Notes under the pieces: model-generated
What the model was told of the DNA's origin: nothing
Seen by the model: the letters and a program-made list of their open reading frames with translations, nothing else
The model's database searches: none
Shown here: positions 37,591 to 49,671 of the stretch, in pieces
How the letters are laid out: every line of letters begins with the position of its first letter
How positions within the stretch are numbered: the first letter of the stretch is position 1
Source: Mytilus edulis
Taxonomy: Eukaryota
DNA length: 64,000 nt
Direction of reading: 5' to 3'
Assembly: GCF_963676685.1 (NCBI RefSeq)
Contig: NC_092352.1
Coordinates: forward strand, 43,152,001 to 43,216,000
Translations under genes and position numbers: made by a program

Positions 37591-40500
37591 AAAGAGGGAA
37601 TATATGTGCAAGTGAGAGGGAGAGTGTGTGCGATAACGTGCATTGGTAAGAGAGGAGACGTCTAAACATCAACACAACAATGTTAGATATGTAAATTTGC
37701 TTTCGGAAATTTTAGGTTCTTCCCTCATCGGGATATATATATGAACATTTGTCGAAAAAGATGAACATTAATTTACAGGTTTATCTGTTATATACTTAAT
37801 TTAGTCCTGGTATCTATGATGAGTTTATTTACAGTCTACATACATTTTACTACATTTTACTAAATGTACACATGTGTATGTTTTACATTTTTTTTCGAAA
37901 AAAATATCCACCGTCAGAGTAAATAAAAAGCAAACACAATGCAAATCGAAAATTAATACACACTGAAATTGAAAGCAAAACACAATAAGATTTAAAATAA
38001 AACATTGAGATTTCGAGTTTGAACATATCAAATTAACATACTATTAGGTTTCGTTTGGACATGCAAAGTAAATTAAAGTTACCTATAACGACCAATACGG
38101 CAAGTACGGTTGAAATTTGTGAAATATACATCTGGTTATAGGTAACCTTCTGTATCAAGACCTCACAAAAACATTTCATGAAAAAAACACGTTTAAAGTC
38201 ATATGGAACTAGTTTCTGGCTATTATATTTTTTAAGGAAACTATTACCGGACTGAAAAGAATAACATGAACATGGGTGAAATATATTTGCTAGCAAAATT
38301 ATTATTTCAATTTTTTTTCTTCAAATTAAACATATATTTCATTCATTTTTTTTATTTCGGATGTTGTCATTAATTAAGACATACACTCTGGTGAAAAAAT
38401 CCACATTTTACGTTTTGTGTCCAAACATAAGTTTACTATGAAATATTGAAAGCAGTCATTTTATTGTATTTAACTCATTATCTGTCTGGTAAATTTCATA
38501 AATCAAATCTGTTTAAAACCAGACTACTGTTCATTACCGTCCTCAGTGTATAGGACGTTACATGTTTAGGTCTTGTTGTCTTCTTACCAAATAAAAAACA
38601 TAATAACACTCTAAAGTGTAAGGGGAATTGGTTACGTATAGCGAGTATCAAATGAACTTGAAGTGTGTGTGATTTTTTGGTAAAAAAAAAAGGTCACGTA
38701 TCTCACACAATGTCCATATGGTTTTATGTAACCGTATGTGCAAAGACAAACGCATCTAAAGCATATTTTGATATTATTGTATTTATTCATTACCTTTATT
38801 TCTATGGTACTTTAACTTTACATTATTTTAAATTTATGAGATATTTTTTTCCCCTTTTTTTTCAAAATGTTGCTTGAATGGTTTCATGATACCAATGAAT
38901 CAAAATTAAAAAAAGGAAATATAGAAATTTTATTTCTTACCATACTTTTTTCATGAACAAATTATATTTGACATTTAAAGATCTTTTTTAATGATTTAAC
39001 AGGAAACCTGCATGATGTACTGAATTAGAGCATAACCATCTGTGTAAATTGTGTCATTTTCAGTTTGTTTCTTTCATTTTTACGTCGGTTTGTATTTTCC
39101 AACTCTCAGTGTGTGCTTTTTTTTAACTTGATTTTTTCTTCTTTTCAAAATCTTAAAGTGTAAAATGCTTAAGTTTCACTAACTGTTAAAGCATTTAAAC
39201 CAAGCATAGTTTAGACATGAACAGATCACAATTATAGTTTTCTCGCCCGTTCTGTGAGTGCCTGTCGATTTCACGGGTCTGTATAAACTGAAGATGAATA
39301 AAACTGTACAAAAATTGCGTCAAATCTTAAGATGACAAAAAAAATCAAATATGTGTATACATAATCAATCACGATATGTAATTAATAGGTAATTAATGTT
39401 TTGACAGAAATGAGCGATATTAGTACATGTACGTTTACATTGGCGCCACATTTGCAACACGTTCTGGGGGGAAATGTCCGAAATAAAAATGTCCAACGTA
39501 ACAAAAAAAGATAGCGGCATTTTTTTATTATTGTTTTTGGCATTACATGACATCTTTGTGAATTGTTGACGCGTGCAGGACCTTAAATGACTTATGTCCA
39601 AAAACACAAACTTCATTGATATATAATTGATACTAAAATAATCATTAATGAAATATGATTATTAATGACCGGAAGGAAAAAGATGGTCATGCAGTGTAAG
39701 GCTTGCTTACGTCAATGGACAGTCTTTGTTATCTAAGTACCCTGTGTGATCTTTTATCCGTTTAGTCCCGGAACTTCTGTTTTAGAAAGCAACACTATAT
39801 GTGACTAAGAATTCCTAAAAAAAATTACACTAAAATAGATTCCTTTGAAATATTACGACCTGAACCTATTTTAAGTTTTATTTATGAATGCGTTCATTGC
39901 TACAAAAATAAGAGAAGAAAAAAACAATCGTTATATATTTAATTGAAAGAGCCAATTCATAATATCTACAAAGAACTTGCACAATAGTATAAGTCTAATG
40001 TCATAAGCATATTAGATATACTAATTCGTTATTTTAATGATGCAAAGCTTATAGTTTCAAATCCTTCGCTTAAACTTTCAGTACTACAACCGATAACAAT
40101 GTGTTTCTTTCAGGAAGAAAGTTAGATTATATGGGACAAATTTGACCATCATATTTTAAAATTGTTCGTAATTTGAAAATTCCATTTTGAGTGTTACATA
40201 AAGATTATCACAGAAAGAACATCAGAACACTCGATCTTTTTTCCTCACAAATGCGAAGAACTAGACATAAAGCTTGTCAAAAATTGTTTTTTAAACATTC
40301 ATGAACAAATCACTTTTTGGCAGCCACTTATGTAGATCCCAGCGAATTCTATAAAACACTGATATTTCATCTACGTCCCTTGGTCTTTGATGGGTAGTTG
40401 TTTCCATGGCAGTTCAACTGCATCTCTCTTTTTTAATTTTGAACTCCGTGCGTCAAATTGTGTTTCTTTACACATGCTCTAGTCTTGATCAAAGGTTAGA

Positions 40501-41940
40501 AAAGCCAAATGTGTGTTACTGTACAGGACAAAAGGCCTAAGCGGATCAAACTAAAGTACTAAATAGAACAATTAAATTCGTCTTAATCAAAATGCTAAAA
40601 TCATGTAAAGAAGCTAAATAGCTGAACTCATCGAAATAAAACTACATAATCATCTAAATCGGTAAAGCCGACCAAATCTTCTGAATGTCAAAATCGTTAA
40701 AAAAAAAAAAAAAAAAGCCGACCAAACTACTATAAATAGAACTGCCATATTTGTCTTAACAGAGCTGCTAAAATGTTCAAATAGAAAGCAGACAAATATA
40801 TATAAAGTCTCCTGATTATATTTCTATTTTCTTACAGATAATGACATCATACGTTTTAACGATAAGCCACCAGTGGTGATATTGTACATTTAAAAAATAT
40901 ATTTTCAATAAGATCATAAAATCAATTGACCTTGAGCTGCCTTTTTATGACAAAGAGTGACTGCGCAAAGATTTGTTTTCACTAAATAATTATGACATCG
41001 ATGTGATTATTTTTAATTTGTTTTGAAATTTATTTACATCTGTCTATCCTAAATGTACTTTGTATCAATCATATGCGCGAATTATTTTGTAGTTTTTATT
41101 TATTGCCCGTTTTGAGTACCTATATAACTTCTGCTTTAAGATATCGATTCCGAAAATCATTAAATAAAAACCACAATAAAACATCCAAGGACTCGTCAGT
41201 TATGTTTTGAACGATTAGCTAGATGACCAATCACTGGACCTTATGACTTTTGTTATACCTACAAGTATATGACCGGTAACAACAGAGCTTGTTTCTGATT
41301 GTCGGTTTTATTGCTAACTTTGACAGTTTAGTTGTCCCCTAGAGGAAACCATCAAAGGGAACTAGATACACACAGGTGCTAAAACAGGGAAAATGTCATA
41401 AAATTACTCATCAAATGTAGAAGATATTCATGCCATTTGGTTTGCGCGACGTCATTCTTGTTCGTTCTCATAATAGTTATATTTTTTCTAAAACAAAGCT
41501 GTTGATAAAAGTGAGCCATCAATTTTATAATTGTTCTTTGGGATTTTTTAATTGGAACTACTTACTTTTGTCATACGTGTTATATTTCAATTATTTTTGA
41601 GTTATTACAACAGTAATATTTAAAAGTCGAATTGCCGCTTTTTCTTGAAGGGAATAAGTTCACACATTTATCAATCAAAATCGGTCATTCATTGCCGAGA
41701 CATTGTGCGATTATTCCTGCACCAATCCTCACATAAACAATACGCATTGACACTTCGGTTACCAAATATCAACAGTGATGGGGGACGCTCACTATCATAA
41801 CAAACAAAAATGAACAGGTATTCGACCAGACGATGTGTAAAGCTATTGTTTTTAAATTTGAAATGCTGTGTGGATATTATGACTAAATAATACAAGTCAG
41901 AAAAGAATATTCAGTTGTATGAGAAGGAGTTAACTTCACT

Positions 41941-44900
41941 ATGAAATTTTATTTTGTTTCGTGTTTTGTTTTTGTGTTTTTATCAGTGTTGTGTGATGGT
42001 AAAGGACGGAATGAAATCCAGAGGAAAAAACGAGTCAAACATATTAGTACAAAAGTATATAGACCTTCAAAGGATATGTATGCGAAATATCTTAACATGA
42101 ATCCACCTAGGTTTCCACCTACGATTATCCATACACGATTACGTGTACCGTTTGACGGGCCACCACCAAAGTACAAATGGAAACCAAAATCCTTACACGT
42201 GAATAGGGATAAAATGCGGGGTAAAATGTTGAACCCTGTGGGTAGAAATACAAAAAAGGTCAAATGGTATCCGTCTACAAATCCAGTTTTAACCGGTAAA
42301 AAAATTGGCATAGGAAATCCAACGAAACATGTAAAGAGGAAAACATACCGAACAACAAAACAATTCAATCCGTCAACTAAATCAGTATATAGATACACTG
42401 CTGCTCCAAGAAAACCTCATCCAATCAGAGCAAGGATTACTTATCCAGCAAAGGTAATGCCAATTCGTACAACAACAACAAAACCACCAAGATCAAAGTC
42501 AATAAATCTGTTTAATCCTATAAGTGACTATGTTCTTTCTACAGAACCTACAACAACAAAAGTATCTGCTTTTATTCCTGTGCCTATTTTGAATGAGGTT
42601 ATCATTAATTTTGCAAAACCAGTGTCGCAAACTACTACTATGAAACCTATTCCAATTGCCAAGAACAAACCAGTACATTCAGTATTTGAAAGTACAACAC
42701 CNNNNNNNNNNNNNNNNNNNNNNNNNNNNNNNNNNNNNNNNNNNNNNNNNNNNNNNNNNNNNNNNNNNNNNNNNNNNNNNNNNNNNNNNNNNNNNNNNNN
42801 NTACCACAACGCCAATAACTAACACTACCTCGACGCAGACCTTAACAACAGAAAAAGTCTTGAATAACTCTACATCTCCCTCAAATAGTTCTACAGAATT
42901 GTTCAACATTAATCCGGAAGCGACTACGAATGAAACAACACAAGAACTATTTTCTACAACTCGTATCGCTTCCAGTACTCCGACAACGACTTGTTTCGAA
43001 ATGATTACGCCTCCAACGACAAATATTTCGACAACGAATGATTCTGAAATAATTACGACTTCTACGATCGCGGCATCTACAAAAAAAACCAACTGATTCC
43101 GAAATAAGTAAAACTTCAACAATAGCCACGACGACAACTAGTTCAACAACGACTGATTCCGAAATAATTACCACTCCAACGATAGCTCCAATGAAAAATA
43201 CTTCGACAACGAATGATTCCGAAATGATTACGACTCCAACAAAAGCCACAACGACAACTATGCCAGCAAAGACTGATTCCGAAATTATTACCACTCCAAT
43301 GATAGCTTCAACTACAAATACTTCAATAAGGAACGATTCCGAAACTAGTACGACTCCAACCACAGTGGCTACGACAACAACCCTTAGGGAGCCAACTACA
43401 GAGGTGAAAATTACTTTTCCAGAACACATGATTGGAAGGTTTCCATCTTCTACAATGAAACCTGCGGTCAGGGTACCACACAATTGCATCACTATGTAAG
43501 TAACTTTTGCTTCGAGAAAAAAATCATGGCCTATCTTAAATAGGCAATAAATAAAAAACAATCATGACTGTTTACAAATCTTTAGATGTTTCGGAATACT
43601 AGGGATTACCTTTTTGGAGTTTTTCAATACTCTCTAATTTCGTACTTTATTTGGTATCTATGTTGAATTTATTGTTCATATAGATGTATCTATATGTCTG
43701 AAGCAGGATGAAAGGTATCGTATGTCAAAAGTGTTGCAACTATTACGAATTCACTTTTTATTTCATATAGTAATACATTAGTTTTCATTATGTTTGTTCT
43801 GTCTGTGTATTTGCTATAACCAAACTTTTTGTTTTTGTTTCGCAAATTAAGAATTCTTATTTATAAAACATTTTCGAAACTACTTTTGGGTCCGATTATG
43901 ATGATAATTTTATGTTTAATGCTATACTCACAAATGTGTACAGTTTTTATGGTTATAATGACATATGTTTATAATCAGCCATTACTGAGAAAATCATAAT
44001 TATGTCAGTACAATATCGAAATTAAGTGTCATTTATTCCTATATAGATTTGTCATATATATAATTTTTTTCAGGGCAGAAATTCATATTTGTCTTTACGC
44101 GATGATAATTATAAATTATAGATAAATTAAATGACAATGCAAGTAACTGTAAGCAGTTCTGTGTTTAATGGTAAACAATCATTCAATTTGGACAGTATAA
44201 TTCTTTAAACAAATGTGTTTTTATATCAAATAATAGGAGAATTTCCAATAGGTTAAACACTTTTTACCTAAGACTGTATATTTATGATAATTTTTTAACC
44301 ACAAATATCGTCCAAATTACAGCTACATTCGATTTCTTTCTACTCAAAAAGTATAACGATATTATTGTAAAAAATTAATCATCAATACTATATATATTCA
44401 GTAAATTTTTATTTCAAAGAAAACATATACTTTATACAGCCAGAACGATATCCTAAAAGAAAATATAAAGTTGAAGATGGTTATGTATTTTTTATAGTCT
44501 ATATATAGGTCTTAAAATTAACATGTATTTATCATTTTCCAATTTTCTATTTAAGGGGGTGTCCGCAAGGCAGAGTGTGTTTATCAGATCAAAACGATAT
44601 TTGTTTTAAAGGCGAAAAAGCAGGTTCATGTTTTTTGCAAACCTGGTAAGTATAATTGGTTGGCTTTTTTGTTGTTTGATCTTCTGTAAACAAATCTTTA
44701 TCAAAGTATAAATAATGTGGTTGATTGGTTGTTGGTTGCTTAGCGTCCAGTGGCAAATATTTCATGTATAATCATGGAGATACATAAATAAGACGATGTG
44801 ATATGTTTGCCAATGAGACAACTCTCCTTCCAAGTCACAATGTATAAAAAAAAAATATAACAATTATAAGATGAAGTATGGTCTTCAACACGGAACCTTG

Positions 44901-47143
44901 ACTCACCCCAAACAGCAAGCTATAAAGGGCCAACATGTCACGTTTTCATTCTTTCACCGTAAACATTTGTCTCGAAAATTCAACGAGAGCTGGCACAAAC
45001 CCAAATGTAGAACGTATGTGTTGGAATGTTCCTTTAATATCTTTCGTCTCTCTTATATTTTTATGAACATTCAAATAATGGAGATCGTAAAATTTTAATA
45101 ACACATCTTTTTAATGAAATTACATGTATCACCTTATGACATGAAAACGAATAAAATTTAGGGTTTTAATCTACTAAATTTATTTTTATAGGATGTAAGC
45201 ATGAGAATATGTTAATTGAATTAGGACAGCCTGTTGTTATGGACCGATGTGGCAATTTGTGTTACTGTGGCTCAGGCGGATTGGTAAGTACATAAACACA
45301 TTATTTTAACATGATATAACTTCTTACTAAGCAAGAAATGTCAAAAACCTACTTTTGGGAAATAAATTAAAACACACTGATTTTTTAACCACATCATTGT
45401 TTTAAAAATAAGACAAATCCATTTATTTATAAAATTGCAATGCATAAGTTAATACATTTGTAAATGTTTTAATATGGTATAGAGCGATTTCAACAATAAA
45501 AATCAAACATTCTGGGTTTTTTAAAATAAATTTGATATGATAATTATTCCAAACAAATGAATTGATATATGATTTGTAAATGCCAGTTACGAATGTCTTA
45601 TCAATGAATACCTGGTCCATTCTACCAAACCTCGGTAATTTCGTGTACTTGCGATGAAAAGGAAAATTTACATTATCAAGATCAATGCTTACACTTCAAC
45701 TACAATATGCGATTAATAGGACTTCGTTTTTTTTTTTAACGTTTTAATTAAACCGATGATTGAGCGGGTAAGAATACCAATCCAAATTACATCCATTTAG
45801 TGGAAGCTAGATTTATATTTTAAATAAGGAAACTAAACTTGAATTATAAGCCATAGGTCTGTACTTCCTTTTACTAAGTACTCAGAGTACAAAACTTGTG
45901 TTCGAAACCCCAAATCCAGTATTTTGATTTTTTGATTTCTGAGTTTAAGTGCGATAGCCATAATCTTAATTGTTATGACCTCGAGAGCTAGTATGCGTAT
46001 ACTATCTCCATATTTTCGTGTTTAATATGAAAAGTATGAAACATATAAAATCACAAAAACACTGAACTCGATGAAAATTCAAAACTGAAAATCCCTTATC
46101 AAATGGCAATTTCAAAAGATAAAACACGTCAAACAAATTGACAACAACTGGCATATTCCTGACTTGGTACAGGCATTTTCTTATGCGCTAAACCTCTCAC
46201 TTGTATGACAGTCACATCAAATTTCATCGCCCTATAAATAGAAACCTGAATATTCTAGCATCGCAAAGTGTTTGCATTTAAGTTAAAACTTTAATGTCTC
46301 CTTTATAAGTTAATACTTGAATGTCTACAGTTTTCAGTTATTTGGATTAAACCTCTTTGTACATACATAACTTGTATAACACTACATCATCAAAGTTCTG
46401 AATAATATTGGAGGGTAATAAAGTTTTGTAACACTTTTATGAACGTATAAATAGAAAGTACTTCTATTTAAGTAATGATAAACAACATATGAAACGTATG
46501 ACACACGTCAAAATTGAATGACATTTGACAAAAACCTTTGATCTAAAAAAAATATTAATGGTCTAGCCCATATGGGGTGAAAAGTAGAATAACAAAAATA
46601 TCGAACTGCAAGGAAAATTCAAATCGCGAAAATTAATGGCAAATTCTAAAGCTGAAACACACAAAACGAATGGAAAACAACTGTCGTATTCATGGCTTGG
46701 TACAGGCATTTCCTTATTTATAAAATTAATTATGGTCATGGTTTACTTTTCTTCTTTTTCCTGACCAGTTTGTTTGAGTGTTGATATTTGTTTCACTTTA
46801 TGTGTTGCGTAAGTTTATTAAGAATAAGTCAGTACCTTTTATTATTCTTTTTCAGACTGCATGTACGAAAATACCATGTGAAAAGAGCAGATATGTAATA
46901 ACAACACCAAACCCTTTTAAACCGGTCGAGTTTAAACCGGATGTTAAGGATAGAGGACCGACAAGGGGAGACTCGCCTTATTTCTATGTTGACAATACGA
47001 AGTCAAAGTCAATAAAAGTTCATGGATTACATTTCCCGGATCAATTGTTGGCGTGGTTGTCGCCGTTTTCGTCAGAATTCAGGGAAAGTCTTCCTTCTTC
47101 TGGAATAAAGGCAATTTCGATTGAAAATCTATTCAAAACTTGA
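41941..47143 (+). CDS. Gene C: secreted Lys/Arg-rich plus Thr-rich mucin-like protein with 12-Cys module and RGDS motif (two frameshifts and a gap in this assembly; possible pseudogene)
   Basis: Exons 41941-43495 (100-N gap; +1 shift at A-run 43081-43088), 44556-44645 (+1 shift at T-run 44631-44636), 45192-45283 and 46856-47143. Signal peptide, RKKR, basic domain, 20-aa DSEIITTPT repeats, then NCITMGCPQGRVCLSDQNDICFKGEKAGSC[FC]KPGCKHENMLIELGQPVVMDRCGNLCYCGSGGLTACTKIPC, then DRGPTRGDSP. Confidence 0.8.
42702..42801. other. Assembly gap (100 N) inside the Thr-rich repeat of gene C exon 1
   Basis: Run of exactly 100 N, a typical placeholder of unknown true size. Confidence 0.99.
43040..43390 (+). 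repeat. 60-bp (20-aa) coding tandem repeat, mucin-like
   Basis: gattc[ct]gaa (DSE) at 43040, 43095, 43155, 43215, 43275 and 43335. Confidence 0.85.
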
Positions 47144-48576
47144 AACCTCAGTGTGAAAAAAAAAGTTGGAAAACAGATTAAGTTTCAGATTCAAGTTTAT
47201 ATGGTTTATCTACCGCTTTAAAACCATCGTTCGCTTGCGAAGCAGTGTTTTGTAAAGATAGACCTGATGTAAGCGGATGGGCTGCTGATCTCTATCTTTG
47301 TAACGTTTTAATGTTCGTGGCTCTATGAAGGAGAACCATGTGTTGCTTTCTGTCTTGTTAAACGTTTACTTGTGTAATTCTCGTTTCATAAAATGAAGTT
47401 ATTTATTGTTTGAACAAATTAGCAGGATAATTTAATTTCATTGTTGACAAGCAGATGACAATAGTCCCATTTTATTATCGTTGTATAAAATATCAATAAA
47501 ATTCTTATTATTTAGTGTATATGATTATGTTGTTTATCATGAACATTGAAAATTAAATGACACTCAGCTTTACCGCATCATACAATTCAAAATATACCCC
47601 TCCTATTGAAATATAACCAATAATACAGTGGATTCAGCGAAAGGCTTGAAAGCCTATATAATATCTTATCATAAAGTCCATACTCATTATCGTCATCATA
47701 GCTATTGTACTGCGATCTTTTTTATAGCCTTTGTCATGTGCTCAAAATAGTTACTCTAAAATTATTGTATTGTTTGTAATATTACTGCATGTTCATACAA
47801 ACATTATATTGTTGTTTAATTCGATAAAGAGTAAATATAGATATGATTTACTAGTGTCCAATCCTTTTATACTTTTAGTCAATAAAATGCTAAACCCTAA
47901 TAAGAATTTGGTTTGCTTTTTTTGGTCGTGTAGACAACTACTAGTATATGTGCCCTACTAGATATTCTAATCGACGAGACTCGTGTTGTCATTTTATTAA
48001 AAATAATTCAAGGAACCAAATAGATTTTAATAAGATGGCACGATATTAAAAGTCTGTTTCAAAAGAAATAAAAAGGAGCAATAACAGAACCAAAAACTGG
48101 ATAGAAAACAGGACTATGTCACATTGGGGTCACAATGACAAAAATTGTAACTGTAACAACAGATTAAAAATCTCAAAAATTCTTCATTAAATGAAAAGAA
48201 CTTGTTCATAAATTCCAAAGCACTACAATACATGTACCGGTAATAACCAGTTATGCATGTTCTTATAATAATAAAAAAAAGAACAAGAAGTAAACAAAGC
48301 AATAAAATATTTGTATTTTCATAATACATTAACACCATATCAGACGTGTTCCCGAAAGTGATTAATGTACAACTATAAAACATGCATAATTTTACAAACG
48401 TACAATCAAGAAATATTAGCATTGAATAAAAAGCAAACCAATAGACATTACACACCATACTAATAAAAATACCAATACATAAACAAAGAAACAAAACAAA
48501 ACAAAACAAATCAATTGATAAATATAACGAATAAAAAAAATGTAGTTGTAGTTTAAAAGTGTGATTTCTTATTTGT

Positions 48577-48927
48577 GTAACTGGCATTTACAGATCATAT
48601 GTCAATTCATTTGTTTGGAATAATTATCATATCAAATGTATTTTTTTTAAAACCAAGAATGTTTGATTTTTATTGTTGAAATCGCTCTATACCATATTAA
48701 AACATTTACAAATGAATCGACTTATGCATTGCAATTTTATAAATAAATGGATTTGTCTTATTTTTAAAACAATGATGTGGTTAAAAATGTGTTTTTAATT
48801 TATTTCCCTGAAGTAGGATTTTGACATTTCTTGCTTAGTAAGAAGTTATATCATATTAAAATAATTTGTTTATGTACTTACCAATCCGCCTGAGCCACAG
48901 TAACACAAATTGCCACATCGGTCCATA
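48577..48927 (-). pseudogene. Inverted partial duplicate of gene C exon 3 and the start of intron 3
   Basis: Reverse complement of ~45238-45590: MDRCGNLCYCGSGGL|gtaagt plus ~300 bp of intron, with few differences. Confidence 0.9.
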
Positions 48928-49074
48928 TCCCTATACTATCCAAGAAAGATGAGTTTTGAGAAATTCACCCTCCTCTCATTTGGTATTAACATAAAAAAAA
49001 AGAGGGGGACGATGAAAACATACCATCTTTATGCTGGATATTTTATTTTCACAAAAACGTTATCAAGAACTGTA

Positions 49075-49235
49075 CATTTTATTGTCAACATAGTTGTAAA
49101 GTTTGGTGGATTGGTATTTTACGAGAAAGTCGGGATTTTAATGGATATTAATTGTGCACCGCTACTGGCCGACTTTTACTCATTTGAAGCTTAATTCATA
49201 CGACGATTTTTCAAAGACACAAAATAAGAAGCATC
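49075..49235 (+). mobile_element. Degenerate Penelope-like reverse transcriptase fragment
   Basis: IVKFGGLVFYEKVGILMDINCAPLLADFYSFEA resembles the G-x-PMG-x-NCAPLLADL RT motif of Penelope-like elements. Confidence 0.6.
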
Positions 49236-49399
49236 TTTTGCGAAGTTTCGTATATAAGCTCGTTTGAGGTGAATCTCATGTGGAATTTTTTTCACGAGAA
49301 TTTCGAGTGAGATTCATGTGAAAATAATGTGAGCAAAATTTGCCTGTGTATTGTGTTTATCAACATGTTCAGATTGTAATAACTTTATATGGTGATGGA

Positions 49400-49638
49400 A
49401 AGGAGCTACTCATTTTTAAGGTCGGACTGAATTCACATTGTATCACACAGTGCTGAAAAACGGCTACTCATTATCAAGTTCAGATTGACCTCAAATTTCA
49501 AATAGTGATCAAAGATCTGTCGCTACTCATTATCAAGATAAAATTTAATTCACATGGTGATAGAATATCTCTGCTCTATTTGAGGGCCTCAATGAAATTT
49601 ATACTAGTTCTAATTGAGTTACCCTCTTTAAATAAAGA

Positions 49639-49671
<33 letters not shown>

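Noticed and set aside
35365-37675. Cys/His-rich and Leu/Ser-rich repetitive ORFs
   Set aside because: Open in several frames and on both strands because the tandem units lack stops; no signal peptide or splice support.
42679-43561. Val-rich minus-strand ORFs
   Set aside because: Antisense of the Thr-rich mucin repeat of gene C.
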